Assembly: GCF_006345805.1 (NCBI RefSeq)
Contig: NC_043007.1
Span: forward strand, 32,612,001 to 32,676,000
Direction of reading: 5' to 3'
Length of the DNA stretch: 64,000 bases
Origin: Octopus sinensis
Lineage: Eukaryota
The notes below the pieces were generated by a model. It saw only the letters and a list, made by a program, of their open reading frames with translations. It did not search any database and was not told the origin of the DNA. This document shows positions 1-13,400 of this stretch, piece by piece. Both the position numbers and the translations under genes were made by a program. Position 1 is the stretch's first letter, and the number at the start of each line of letters is the position of its first letter.

Positions 1-78
1 CCAACCCTTGTATGGTAGGATGTTTCATTCATTAGTCTGCTAAATGTCCATATTGTTGTTATACTTAACACATGTCAG

Positions 79-164
79 ACAGATTTGATCTGGATTTTGA
101 CCCTAAAGTCATCTTCCTCAAGAAACTTCGTGCAGTTGGAAATGAACATTTGTTACCCCATTTT
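79..164 (+). CDS. AP4M1: AP4M1 exon 2 (xRFDLDFDPKVIFLKKLRAVGNEHLLPHF)
   Basis: atgtcAG acceptor (weak pyrimidine tract), GTGAGT donor at 165, open frame, phase 1 to 0; size fits mu4 exon 2. Confidence 0.75.
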
Positions 165-3100
165 GTGAGTATATTCCTCTCTCCTGTCATCACTTTAATT
201 AATAATCTGTGTCATCATTTAGTTTAAGAAACCTATTTTGTGGTCAGTATATTCACTTGTAAATCACTGTGCAAAATGCCTTCATCTGTCGTCGTGTTCT
301 GAGCTCCAATTCCACTGAGGTCAGCTTGCTTTTCATCCTTGTGCCTGGGGTAGAAAAGGACATATGTATATTGTGTCATTTGATGATGTGGATTCAGTTG
401 TTTAATCAACTGAATTACCTGCTCCTGAAATTAGTGGCTGAGCTTCCCACAGACGTGTGTACCCTTAAGGTAGGTCTCAGGTAGAATTAACGTGGCACTG
501 TGTTTGACCATTTTGAATCACAGGAATAATCCATTTGCCAGGCTTCCATTCAGTTTCTATCTACACAGTTTTACTCACAAGGTCTGGATTAAGCCAAGGC
601 TATAAAAAATGATATTTACCCAAGATGCCGGGCAGTGGGATTGAACTGTGGAGCAAATGGTTAACGAAACATAGTTTTGAAGACAAGCAATACATTTCTT
701 GGAACAAGTGTGGCTGTGTGGTTAAAAAGTTTGCTTCCTAACCATGCAGTCTTAGGTTCAATTCCACTGTACAGCACCTTCTTTTACATACCTGGGCTGA
801 CCAATGCCTTATCAGTGGATTTTGTTGATGGGAATTGAAAAAAAGCCTGTCCCGCGTGTGTGTTCCTTGTCTTGACATTAATGATAGTTGTAAATGAGTT
901 TCACTGTTATACAAGCGGTGTCATTCCTTTCCTACATTCTGCAAAAATATGTCTGGCCATGGGAAAATATTACCTTGCTAGGAACAGGTGAGGACTGATG
1001 ACATGAAGGGCATCTGGTTGTAGAAAATCTACCCCCACAGATCCCCTCAGACTCCTGCTTACAGGGGCAAGACAGAGTTTATTGAGGCAGATTTTCTATG
1101 GCTGGATGTGCTTCCTGTTGTCATCCCATATCTGTTTCCAAATAAGGTCATATTTTCTCATGGCCAGACATGTGTTTGCAGAGTATTGGAAATAATGACA
1201 CTGCTTCTGTGACAGTGGTACTCGTTTACATGATATCACATGCTGTCAAGAAAAGGAATACCCAAACACACACACACACATATATCCACACCACGTGTGT
1301 GTGTGATGGACTTGTTTCAGTTTCCATCCTCCAAATTCACTCACAAAGCTTTGGTCAGCTTGAGGCCATCATAGTGGAAGACACTTGACCAAGATGTCAA
1401 GTGGGACTGAACCTGAAACATTGTGGTTGGGAAGCAAATATTTTAACTATGTAACCACACCAGTGTCTTACAGATTGTAATTTAGATAATTTTCCTATTT
1501 TTATTATTTTCTGAAATAAAAAGATAAAATCTTGAATCGTCTTGAATCTGTTTGAAATGTTCATATAATTTGTTAATTTTTTTTCATTGAAATTTCTCTC
1601 ATTTTAGAAAGAAGACGATGTCACATTTTGCCACATCAAGCGAAACGGACTTTTTATCATGGCTGTAACGACCTGTAACATGTCTCCTATCTTTCTTGTG
1701 GAGTTCCTTACCAGGTTAGAATCATTAAATACTGTTTTTGAATTCAGAGTAGAGTCATACAGTGGTTGTGGAAATAATTAAACACATGGATTAGATTAAA
1801 TTATGTGGGGCCAGAACCCTATGTCTGCTTCTTGTGCCAGTGGCATGTAAAAAGCACCAACAGAACGTGGCCAATGCCAGTACCCCCAAACTGGCTTCTG
1901 TGCTGCTGGCACGTAAAAAGCACCAACCGATCATGGCCAGGTGAAATGCTTAGCAGTATTTTGTCTGTCTTTATGTTCTGAGTTCAAATTCCACCGAGGT
2001 TGACTTTGCCTTTCATCCTTTCAGGGTCGATAAATTAAGTACCACTTACGCACTGGGGTCGTTGTAATCGACTTAATCCCTTTGTCTGTCTTTGTTTGTC
2101 CCCTCTATGTTTAGCCCCTTGTGGGCAATAAAGAAATAAGTACCCCCTGACTTGCTCTTGCACTGGTAGCACATAGAAAGCGCCATCTGAACATGACCGA
2201 TGCCAGGCCCGCCTGACTGGCTCCTGTGCGTGACCTTAACCAGATGGCTCTGCCGGTCTGGAAATAATCTTGACAGCAGCATTTCCTTATCATTCGATGT
2301 ATGTCCATATATGAAGTAGGAACAGAGCAAGCCTGTGAGTCAAGGCAAGCCGCAGTAAATGGAGTTATGAGCCTTGGGCCTTGCTCAAAGAAATAAACAT
2401 AATTGGTGTTTTGGCATCACATAATATGCATCTATGCTGGCCCCCACATGAAAAGCACCTGTGCCAGGCCATGTGAAGAGTATCTCTGCTGGTGCTACAT
2501 GATAAGCACAGAGTACACTGTGTGGAGCAGTTGTTGTCAGGAAGGGCATCCAGCCATAGAAACCAAACCAGAACAGACAATGGAACCTTGTGTAGCCCCT
2601 GGACTTACCAGCTCCAGTCAAACCATCTAACCCACATCAGCATGGAAAACGGATGTTAAATGCAGATGGTATTGCTGATGGCGATGAGCCCCAGGTCAGA
2701 TTGAGTGGATCTATGACCAAAGCTGTTCCAGCCATGACCACTCCATCTTTTTCCGAGCAGCTGTGCATCAGGACCCCGTCGATTGATATCTGTACACCTT
2801 TATTCTTAAGACAACATGGGTAAAGCAGACATTAAAACAACGGTGAGGATGTAATTTATAGATTCCCTTTTCCTTTTCTTTTGCTAGGTTCTTCCTGATC
2901 TGCAAAGATTTCTGTGGAGTTGTCAGTGAAGATGCTATTCGAGCTAATGTTCTCCTGATTTATGAAATATTGAATGAGATTTTGGTAAGTAGGAGTTGTT
3001 GTCAGTTCTCTGTTAATTAACATCAAACAAGCATTTCTCCCAGCTCATAGTTCTGAGCTCAACTTTACCTTTCTACCTTCTGGGATTGATAAAGGGAATA

Positions 3101-4321
3101 TCAATTGCATATAAAAGTCGATGTAATTAACTATCCCCTTCCTTATAATTTCGGGCTTTGTGCCTATTATAACAGAAAGGGTCAATGTCGGATGTGTAAG
3201 GTACTGGAATGTGATCTCATATATTTGGTCCCTCTCTCTCTGTCTCTTGCCCTTGTTTTTCCTCTGACTAATCTCATTTCTCCTCATCCCAAACAGGGAA
3301 AAAAATTTTTTCACTATATTGTGGTTTTAAATCTGCAAGCATTTTAGTCCTGTCCCTGGGCAGAACTTGCAATTAAGAACTTTTCTTTCAGTAAATAAGA
3401 TATGTTATTTTATCAAGGACCTTATTTTTGTCTGAAATTCCCTAACACGAGTGATAAGTTCACAATTTTTGACAATGTTTATATTCATTGTTTTTTTATT
3501 AGGAATTTGGATACATCCAGTTGGCCACAACTGACAAGATTAAACCATATATCCAGTCAGATCCAGTCCTTGTTTTAGCTAACAGATCTCCGGCAGAAGA
3601 AATTGCATCAAGATTGGTAAGATAATTCCTATTTCCTTGGCTTCTAAACTCCGTCTGTGTGTGTGTGTGTGTGTGTGTGTGTTAATTGTATTAATTAATT
3701 TATGAGTCTGTATATCACCATACATATGTTAACCCTTTTTGATACCAACCTCCCTGAAAGCACTCCTTGTTCCGTTTTAAAACGAGCTTAATTAAAACCT
3801 ATCAAAATTGCATGTTAATTTATGTTCTAAACACCACCTTCATAACGACAAAGTTATATTATTAAATTCTTCGTTATCTTCAAAATTAATTAAAGCAAAA
3901 TCAGTCTCTTTCAGCAGCAATATGGTAAGAAAAGGGTTTATGGTTACACTTATTCAATGTTTACAGTGCATTTATATCAGGGGTTCTCAACCTTTTTTTT
4001 TACCTATGGACCCATTTGATTCCTATTTTACTCTATGAGTGGGGACCCTCATAGCCATTCATGATTAACCCTTTAGCTTTCATAATTACTCTGTCAAATG
4101 TGTTGCTTATTTATTCATATTGTTTTGAATTAATCAAGCATTATATAGGCGTAGGAGTGGCTGTGTGGTAAGTTGCTTGCCTACCAACCACATGGTTCTG
4201 GGTTCAGTCCCACTGCGTGGCACCTTGGGCAAGTGTCTTCTACTATAGCCTCTGGCTGACCAAAGCCTTGTGAGTGGATTTGGTAGACGGAAACTGAAAG
4301 AAGCTCGTCGTATATATGTAT

Positions 4322-4364
<43 letters not shown>

Positions 4365-7300
4365 CTGTGTATGTTTGTATTTGTCCCCCCAACATTGCTT
4401 GACAACCAATGCTGGTGTGTTTACGTCCCCGTAACTTAGGTTCGGCAAAAGTGACTGATAGAATAAGTACTAGGCTTACAAAGAATAAGTCCTGGGGTCG
4501 ATTTGCTCGACTAAATGCGGTGCTCCAGCATGGCCGCAATCAAATGACTGAAACGAATAAAAGAGTAAAAGAGTATATTGTAGCTTCAAGATTTCAATGA
4601 TATGTTTTTATATTTTTAGAATGACATTGTAGTGCAGGTGTGAGAGGTTGGATGTGGCCAATTTGTATATAAAACATGTAGCATATTTGGGCTGGATATG
4701 GCTGGATTAAATGCTAAAGGGTTAAATATTAAAAGGAATTGTATAAAAAATTGTTTTTTAATATTTTGTGCATTGTAGAAATATGACCAGTTTATTGCAC
4801 TTAAATTTTAACAACAAAAACTTTATATGTACTCCCAAAAGCCATATGGATCCCCTAGGGCCATATGAACCCCGGTTGAGAACCACTGATATATATGATT
4901 AATATATATATATATGTGATTAATTACCTCTGTGATTGATTTGTTTGATTAGTTTTTGTCCTGTGTTGAGGACATAACCTGAGCTTGTTTCCTCCTGAAA
5001 TCCTTCTTTCCAGTACCTTAACTGTACACAACTCCTCAAGCCCCTCCACCCCTCTGCCCCCACTCTACTCCACCAACTCAGCTAACACAGGGTTTGAATT
5101 CTTTGTCATTTTGAATTGTTTGTACTAATCACTACCCTTGCTGTCTTGTGTCCCTGGCTGAAACACTAACTTTCCCAAATGCTGTTCTTCTCAATGACCC
5201 TATCCTTGAAGCGCCTGAAACCCCAACACTCTGCACTATACTTCTGTTTTAGGAATGTGACCATTTGGAATTCCCTCTTTCTCTCCCTTCCTTCGTTCCT
5301 TCCGTCCTGCCTTCTTTCCTGATTTTTTTCCACAGATTATTAACCCACAGACATTCAAACTGAACTTCATCAACATCATTAAGGCCCTCTTCATTGACAT
5401 TAATTATTTAAAAAGTAAGACAAACTGTGATGACTGATTTTCGTCCTATGCATGTGGAAAAGAAATGTTATACCGAGAAGAAGCAGAACACATTTGGTTA
5501 GATACTGAATAATTAATATTAGAACTGTTGAGGGCTCATAGCCTACAGGTTAAGGTTTTGCACTCAAGATCCTAAGACCATGGTTTCAATTCGTTGACCA
5601 GGTGGTACATTGTGTTTTTGAGTAAAACACTTCATCACAAATTACTCTGCAATCATTTCAACACCTGAAGTGTGGTACACCTGTACAGGTAGTGTCAGTT
5701 TGATGAAGGGAGCGCTAATGTACAGCACATACATTTGACCATTATAAACAAAACATTCCTGCAGGTTGTTCGGTAAGAAATTGCAGAACTATCTTTCCTG
5801 GACTACAAGAGACTACCGTCCAATATTAGAACTATTGGCTAAAATTTTACTCGTTTATTTATGTCAGTCATTTGACTGCGGCCATGCTGGAGCACCGCCT
5901 TTAGTATACTTCTTATTCAGAAGTACCCTGAAGACTGCACGTGGCAGTTATTACTAAGGGAGGTAATTATCTCCTGACAATCTGAAACGGGAAAGGAACT
6001 TTGAAAAATACCCAAGAAACTTATCCATTGGCAGTTAAAAGATAGTTTTTCCCTCTGTTTCAGTTTGGAATAGAAACCAGAGTGGCTCCAAGTTCTGCTT
6101 CAAGTAAACCTGTTGTTAGAACAGCTGTGGAACAGGTAAATATCTCTCTCTAGTGCTCTTTGTCACTTGTGTCAACGTATATACACAGAACATCTATGCA
6201 ACAAACTTCTGTCTTTTCTTAAACCTGAAATCCAAATGGAATAAGTATTGGTTGAGCTGTGTACGATTAGTATGATTAGTGGTATTCAAACCATATTTTC
6301 TGGCATGCAAATCGATGTAGTATATAGTGTAAACATTCAAACATCATCACTGTCTTTCCCAAATCCTGCAACATTTCATGGCTGTGCGGTTAAGAAGCTT
6401 ACTTCCCAACCATGTGGTCCTGTGTTCAGTCCCACTGTGTGGCACCTTGGGATGGTGTCTTCTACTATGGCCCCAGATTGACTGAAGGCCTGTAAGTGGA
6501 TTTGGTGGATGGAAACTGAATATATTCTGTTTGTATATATATGTATGTGTCTGTGTATGTATGTATGTTCTTGTGTATAGCCATGTTTAGAAATCAACTG
6601 ATGGTGGTTAATAAACACCATCATGCAAGAAAGGTTGTTCGTTTATAGTCTTTCGCGAGAAACATGTCCAGCGATGGGAAACCAGTAAGGGGTGGCAACA
6701 GGAAGGGCATCCAACCATAGAAAATCTACCTCAACAAATACCATCTGACCCATGCAAGCACAGCAAAATGGACATTAAAGGAGAATGGTGATTGTGATAC
6801 ATACTTATGGAAGACGTTAAGAAGACCAGAAAATTCTAATGTTATTGGTCCCAAATTTTGGTGGAGGAGGGGTTAAGTCAATTACATCAACCCCCGCGCT
6901 CATCTGGTACTTATTTTATGGACCCTGAAAGTATGAAAGGCAAATTCGACCGTGGCAGAATTTGAACTCAAAATGTTAAGGCAGATGCCTGGCATGTTAA
7001 CGATTCTACCAGTTTGCCATTCTAAATTGTAATGTTATTAACAACATCTAATTTAATCATGAATTTAATGTGTACGATGGCAATAAATCTGATGTTTAGT
7101 TAATTAGCCAGCATGTATTTAGACATCTGTGTGTCGTTATCTTACTGGTTCCATTAACATAGATTTCATCCTAAATTCAATTTACATTTATTAACTGCTT
7201 AATTAACAAACTAATACTAACTTCTAATCTTAATGTTGTTTTCCATGCTATTTATGAAATAAACTTTACCACCTATTTATGTCACCAATACTAACCGTGT

Positions 7301-7926
7301 CCGGAAAGTTTGACACAAACATTTTTGCCACAGGTAAATTCAACTCAAGAATTTTGGCCACGGGAAATTTTGCCATAGGAAAGTTCACTGCACAGGAAAT
7401 TTTGCCGCAAGACAATTTCACCAAAAAAGGACGAATTGGTTCCTTGGTATATAATTGTTTCAACCAACTTATCTATTAGATTATTATGGTAAAACTACAG
7501 AGGTGGGGAAGGCAAAATAAAGCAATCTAAAAGACAGCTAAATATAAAACAGAATTATAAAAAACATATCTATTATATAAAATCCATTCTGTCTGTCTGT
7601 GTGTCTTCTAGGATCTCAGGCATTCTCCATCCAATTGCGCTCAAATTTGATATGTAGATACCGATGGTATCAGGGTGTGTATAAGTTTTGAAAAAATTAC
7701 AAAAATCGATTCCAGGTGAGAATGCGATTGATAAAGCCGTGGGAACGTGCATTTGTACGCACAAGTACATCAGTTGAAATCTGTCTTTTGCTGGTGTCTC
7801 AAATTTAGGTTAAATCAGTGTTTCTCAAAGGGGAGGCCTATGGGATGATCGGACAATTTGTTTTGAGAAAATCTGGTTTAAATGTTTGACAACTCAGCAC
7901 CGTCCATTGGACAGGGGGGTTTGCTC

Positions 7927-7968
<42 letters not shown>

Positions 7969-10390
7969 CAATGTTTTTCAGAGCTCCAATTTCTCTAAAT
8001 CAGGTTACCTGCCGTATCTTTGAAATTGTCCATGTGGTGAAATTATCTTACAGCAAAATTTCCTATTCAGCAAAGTTTGCTACGGTGAGTTTTCCTGCTA
8101 CAAAAATGTTCTTAGAACCAGTACTAACCATTTAATTCATGCAAGACAATGATGGAGCCTCATGTGGTTGCTTGACCTGCTAAAAATAACAGCCATGTTG
8201 TCTCAAAGGGAAGGTCACATTGGATATTGGACAGTGTTGTCTTACAGTTCTATATTTAAGAGACGTGGAATTATGTACATTATTTACATTTACTCCATAA
8301 TTGCCCATGGGCATATGGTGTAGTGGTTAAGAGTGTGGGCTACTAACCCCAAGATTCCGAGTTCGATTCCAGGCAGTTACCTGAATAATAATAATAATAA
8401 CAATAACAACAATTAGAATGATAATAATAACAATAACAACAACAACAAAAAAATACTTTAGGAATAAGAACCCAGGTTCGAAATTTCCCCAAGACACCTG
8501 ATGAAGGCTGGAGGGTATATCAGCCGAAACGTTGTGTTAACAACGAAGAAGATGAGGATAAATATCCGTCGAATGTAAATAATGTAAATAATGTAAATCA
8601 GTGTTGTCTTAGACGTAAATAGGAAAATTATATGATGATGATGATGATGATCACCATCATATGTTCCGTGCTAGCATGTGTGGGACGGTACCACAAGAGC
8701 CGGCCAGTGGAAATACCTCTGACCATAGACTTGCTCAGTCAAGGCTGACCTGGGGCTAAACAGCAGCAAGAACAACTTCATTTGTGCTCACTGCAAAATA
8801 AGAGAAATTACTGTTTTTTTTTTATCTCTGTTTGTTTCAGTCATTGGACTGTGGCCATGCTGGGGCACAACCTGGAAAGGGTTTAGTTCAAACCAACACC
8901 AATTACCAAGTGGTGTTGTGAGCACACATACACACACACAAACTTCCACTCAGTTTCCATCTACCATATTCACTCACAAGGCATGGGTCAGCCTAGGGCT
9001 ATAGTAGAAGACACTTGCCCAAGGTGCTGTGCAGTGGGTCTGAACTCAAAGCCATGTGGTTGCAAAGCTAGCTTCTTAACCACACAGCCAGGCCTGTACC
9101 TACAAAACCCACATTAGTAATTACATAATATTCTCTACATAATTTATGATACTAACTATTTAAACCAAACTAATTACAATCTTCATACTAATTACTGGCT
9201 GGCGTCACATGAAAAGCACCCGTGTCACGTAAAAAAACACTTAGTAAAAAACACTTACAGATGGTCTCGTCTACCTAACCTGACTCCATAATAAGTTTTA
9301 CTTAACCCCAAGCTGGCAGAAACGTTAGCACGCCGGGCGAAATGCTTAGCAGTATTTCATTTGTCTTTTATGTTCTGAGTTCAAATTCCACCGAGGTTGA
9401 CTTTGCCTTTCATCCTTTTGGGGTCGATAAAATAAGTACCAGTTGAACACTGGGGTCGATGTAATCAACTAGTCCCTTCCCTCAAAATTGCTGCCTATGT
9501 GGCAAAATCTGAAACCGTTGTTATTATCACCTCCACCTTAGCGAAGGTAGAGGTATTGTTTTTAGTTGTGTTTGTTTGTCTGTCCATGGACAAAATATCT
9601 TAAGAACTGCTGGATGGATTTGGATGAAACTTTCAGGGATGTTTGGCCTCGTGACTGGCACCAACTGATTAGATTTTGGGACCAATCCAGTACCGGACAA
9701 GGATTCTGGATTATTTTTCCAGTTTCTTTACTTAATTTTTGAGAGCAGTCAGGTCCATTTTTAGTATTCTCGTTTGTGAGAGCAGTTGAGTTTATATCAG
9801 ACATTCTCATTTTAAAAATCATCTTTAGCTAATCGTTCAGAGGGCATTGGGGTTGCCTTGGCAGAAGTTTGTGCTCTCTGAGTGCTCTTGTTATTATTAT
9901 TATTATTATTACTTGTACTATAGAAGGAATTATCATAACAGTGGACCAGCTTATGTACTTTTCTAATGTTTTGTATTGAACTGTTAGATTGTTTTGTATA
10001 ATACATGATTTAATGCACTAAGACCGGTTTTCTCTGAATAATTGCTGCACCTTTTATGCCATAAAATATGGTAATTTGTAAACTGACTGCATCTGAGGTG
10101 CAGTTCGAGTTTGTAAAATTATATATATATGTATGTATATGTATTGAGTTTTGGTTATCTAATTTGCAGGAAAACCGAAAAAATGAAATTTTTGTGGATG
10201 TAATTGAGAAAATGATTGTTGTCATTACAAACGATGTAAGCTGCAATTACAAAAAAATTCTTCTTTCTTTTCTGCATGTTTTAATTCTTTACATTGGAAT
10301 ATAAGCCTCAGATTCATAAAAGAGGAGTGTGTGTCTGTGTGTTTCTATCTCCTTGTCTTCACATTGCATGATTGTTGTAAATGAATGTTA

Positions 10391-10428
<38 letters not shown>

Positions 10429-13400
10429 TTAACGTCCGTTTTCTATGCTGGCATGGGTTAGATGGTTTGACTGAAGTCTGGCTAGCCAGGAGGCCATACC
10501 AGGCCATACCAGGCTCCAATCTGACCTGGCAATGTTTCTACAGCTGGCTTCTGTGGTTGGATGGTTTTCCTCATGGCAACCACTTTACAGAGTGTACTGG
10601 GTGCTTTTTTTCATGCCACTGACACTAGTGAGGTCACCAAATTAATTGCAAGACAGACAAGAATAGGAAAAAAAAAAAGCCCCATCAACTAAGGGGGTGG
10701 GGGCAAGCATTTGAGAGGAGTCGTGGTTTTATGATCATTTTGGTTCATAAAGACATGACCCCTCTCAGAATTTACACCCTTGATTCAGCAATGATGAAAA
10801 TTTGGTCATTGAAATTCTAGTCTCTTAGCAACAATTTCCGTCCTTTTGTTTCTTTCGTATTTTGCCTATTTCAGTTGAGCTCTTACTTTTTCCAGCTGCC
10901 TCCGTCTTGTATCTATAGGACACACACACACACACATGTGCGCATGCATGCACATGTATGTGTATAAATGTATTTTCACCAGCATTTTACCTCTGCTCTC
11001 CATGCTAACATGACTTGGACAGGTTGCTGTGATCCAAGTCAGTTCTTATTTGCAGTTACTCTCCTTTTTAGATGAAATGGTGGACCATGTTCTTCTTATA
11101 TTGGGTTGGTGCATAATTATTGTGGATTTTTCCAACAAATCTTAATTAACAAAAACAATAACAACATCATCATTATTATCATCATTGTCGTCGTCGTTTA
11201 ACATCTGCTTTCCATGCTGGCATGGGTTGGATGGTTTGACTGAGGACTGGTGAGCCAGAAGGCTGCACCAGGCTCAATCTGATCTGGCAAAGTTTCTACA
11301 ACTGGATGCCCTTCCTAACGCCAACCACTCTGAGAGTGTAGTGGGTGCTTTTATGTGCTACTGGCACGGGAGCCAGTCGGGCGGTTCTGGCAACGACCAC
11401 GCTCAAAAGGTGTTTTTTATGTGCTACCTGCCCAGGAGCCAGTCTGGCAGCACTGGTAATGACCACGCTTGAATGTTGTTTTTCATGTGTCACCAACACA
11501 TGTGCTGGTACGGCGAAGCTGGCAACGATCACACTCAAATAGTGCTTTTTATGTGCCACTGGCACAGGAGCCAATCCGTGACCCTGGCAACAATCACACT
11601 CAGATGTGCTTTTAACGTTCCACTGGCATGAGTGCCAGTCAAGCAGTACTGTCATTGGCCACATCTTTAAATGATTATTCTGGAGCATATTCACTATCTA
11701 CTTCAATTACTGCTTCCCATTTGCTGGGCAGACGGTTAGACTGTCATTTAACCCTTTTGTTACTGTATTTATTTAGAGATGCTCTGTGTTTCTTTCAATT
11801 ACTTTAATTATGACAAATAATTTAGTTATCATTCAGCTAGTGTTAGGAACATGAATTGTGACTAAGGTTTGGTGGGAGATTTTAATTAAAAACTTATGAA
11901 AACAAGACATTTGTACTACAGAGCCAGAGCCGGTTTCAGCTGGGTTGGTAATGAAAGGGTTAAAGATGTTTTTGTTGAATAAAATTTGTTGAAAAAAAGC
12001 TGCAATAATTATGCACCAACCCAAAAGGTTCCATTTTGGCATGGCTTCTATGACTGGACGGCCTTCCTTATACCAACACAAATGCATACACATGAATATT
12101 ACATATAGGTCTTCCACAGTTTTCATCTATCAAATTCACACTACAGCTGGATGCCCTACCTAACGCCAACCACTCCGAGAGTGTGGTAGGTGCTTTTGCA
12201 TGAGGGCCAGTCGGGTGGTTCTGGCAACGACCATGCTCAAAAGGTGGCCCAGGGCTTATAGTAGAAGACACTTGCCTGAGGTGTCATGCAGTAGGATTGA
12301 AACCAAGACCACAATGCTGCAAAATATGCTTTTTAACCTCTCAGCCATGCTGGCACCTATATAGACACATCCTTCTGTACAGACCCCAAATAACACAAAG
12401 GGCTATAAGAACCACTATTATCCTCTAGTTTATTTTATACTCAGCTATTTTAAGGATTTGCTTTATTTTATTATTATTATTATTATTGATATGTTGACTA
12501 TGTTTTTTCAGGGGCTTGTGTCACGTATGGATGTCACAGGAAATATAAATGTAAAGAGTTTTTTAAGTGGTAATCCAGTAATTAAATTAGCTGTTAATGA
12601 GGATCTCACACTTGCTGAACAGGGCAAGCCAAAAGGTAAAATTGATTGATTTTTTTTTAACGACATTATTAATTTGCTGTTTTGTGTCCCATAACACATT
12701 AACTTATAAGGGAACCCTTTAAGATTTGTGTAGTGCTAGTACCATGTGAAAAGCACCCAGTACCCTCTGTAAATGTGGTTGGCATTAGGAAGGGCATTCA
12801 GCTGTGGAAACTATGCTGAAGCGGACAGCAGAGTTAGGCATAATCCTCCGGCTAATGTTGAACCATTCAACCCATGCTAGCATGGGAAAACGGACATTCA
12901 CTGACGAGGACAAGTATATCTAGAGAGGCCTTTCAATTCAGCTTTACTGATTTCTTTCTCTTTTTACTTGTTTCAGTCATTTTGACTGCGGCCATGCTGG
13001 AGCACCGCCTTTAATCGAGCAACTCGACCTCAGGACTTATTCTTTGTAAGCTCAGTACTTATTCTATCGGTCTCTTTTGCCGAACCGCTAAGTGACGGGG
13101 ACAAACATACATGCACATACATGTATACGACATGTCTACCAAATCCACTAAGTGACGGGGACAAACATACATGTATACGACATGTCTACCAAATCCACTC
13201 TCAAGGCTTTGGTTGGCCCAAGGCTATAGTAGAAGACACTTGCCCAAGGTGCCACGCAGTGGGACTGAATCCGGAACCATGTGGTTGGTAAACAAGCTAC
13301 TTACCACACAGCCATCACAAGATGATGGATCTTCATCATTCTATCTACTGTCCATTTGCCATGCTGGCATGGGGTGGATGGTTTGACCAGGGCTGCTAAG

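Larger units (their letters stand above)
3978..4888. mobile_element. hAT-like MITE (hosts nested insertions)
   Basis: TIR CAGGGGTTCTCAAC / GTTGAGAACCACTG; 8-bp flanks ATTTATAT / ATATATAT (7/8). Confidence 0.7.

Noticed and set aside
8309-8380. tRNA gene
   Set aside because: It has A/B boxes but no acceptor-stem closure and continues into SINE body; the same holds for the other tRNA-like heads in the window. No genuine tRNA or rRNA gene was recognised.
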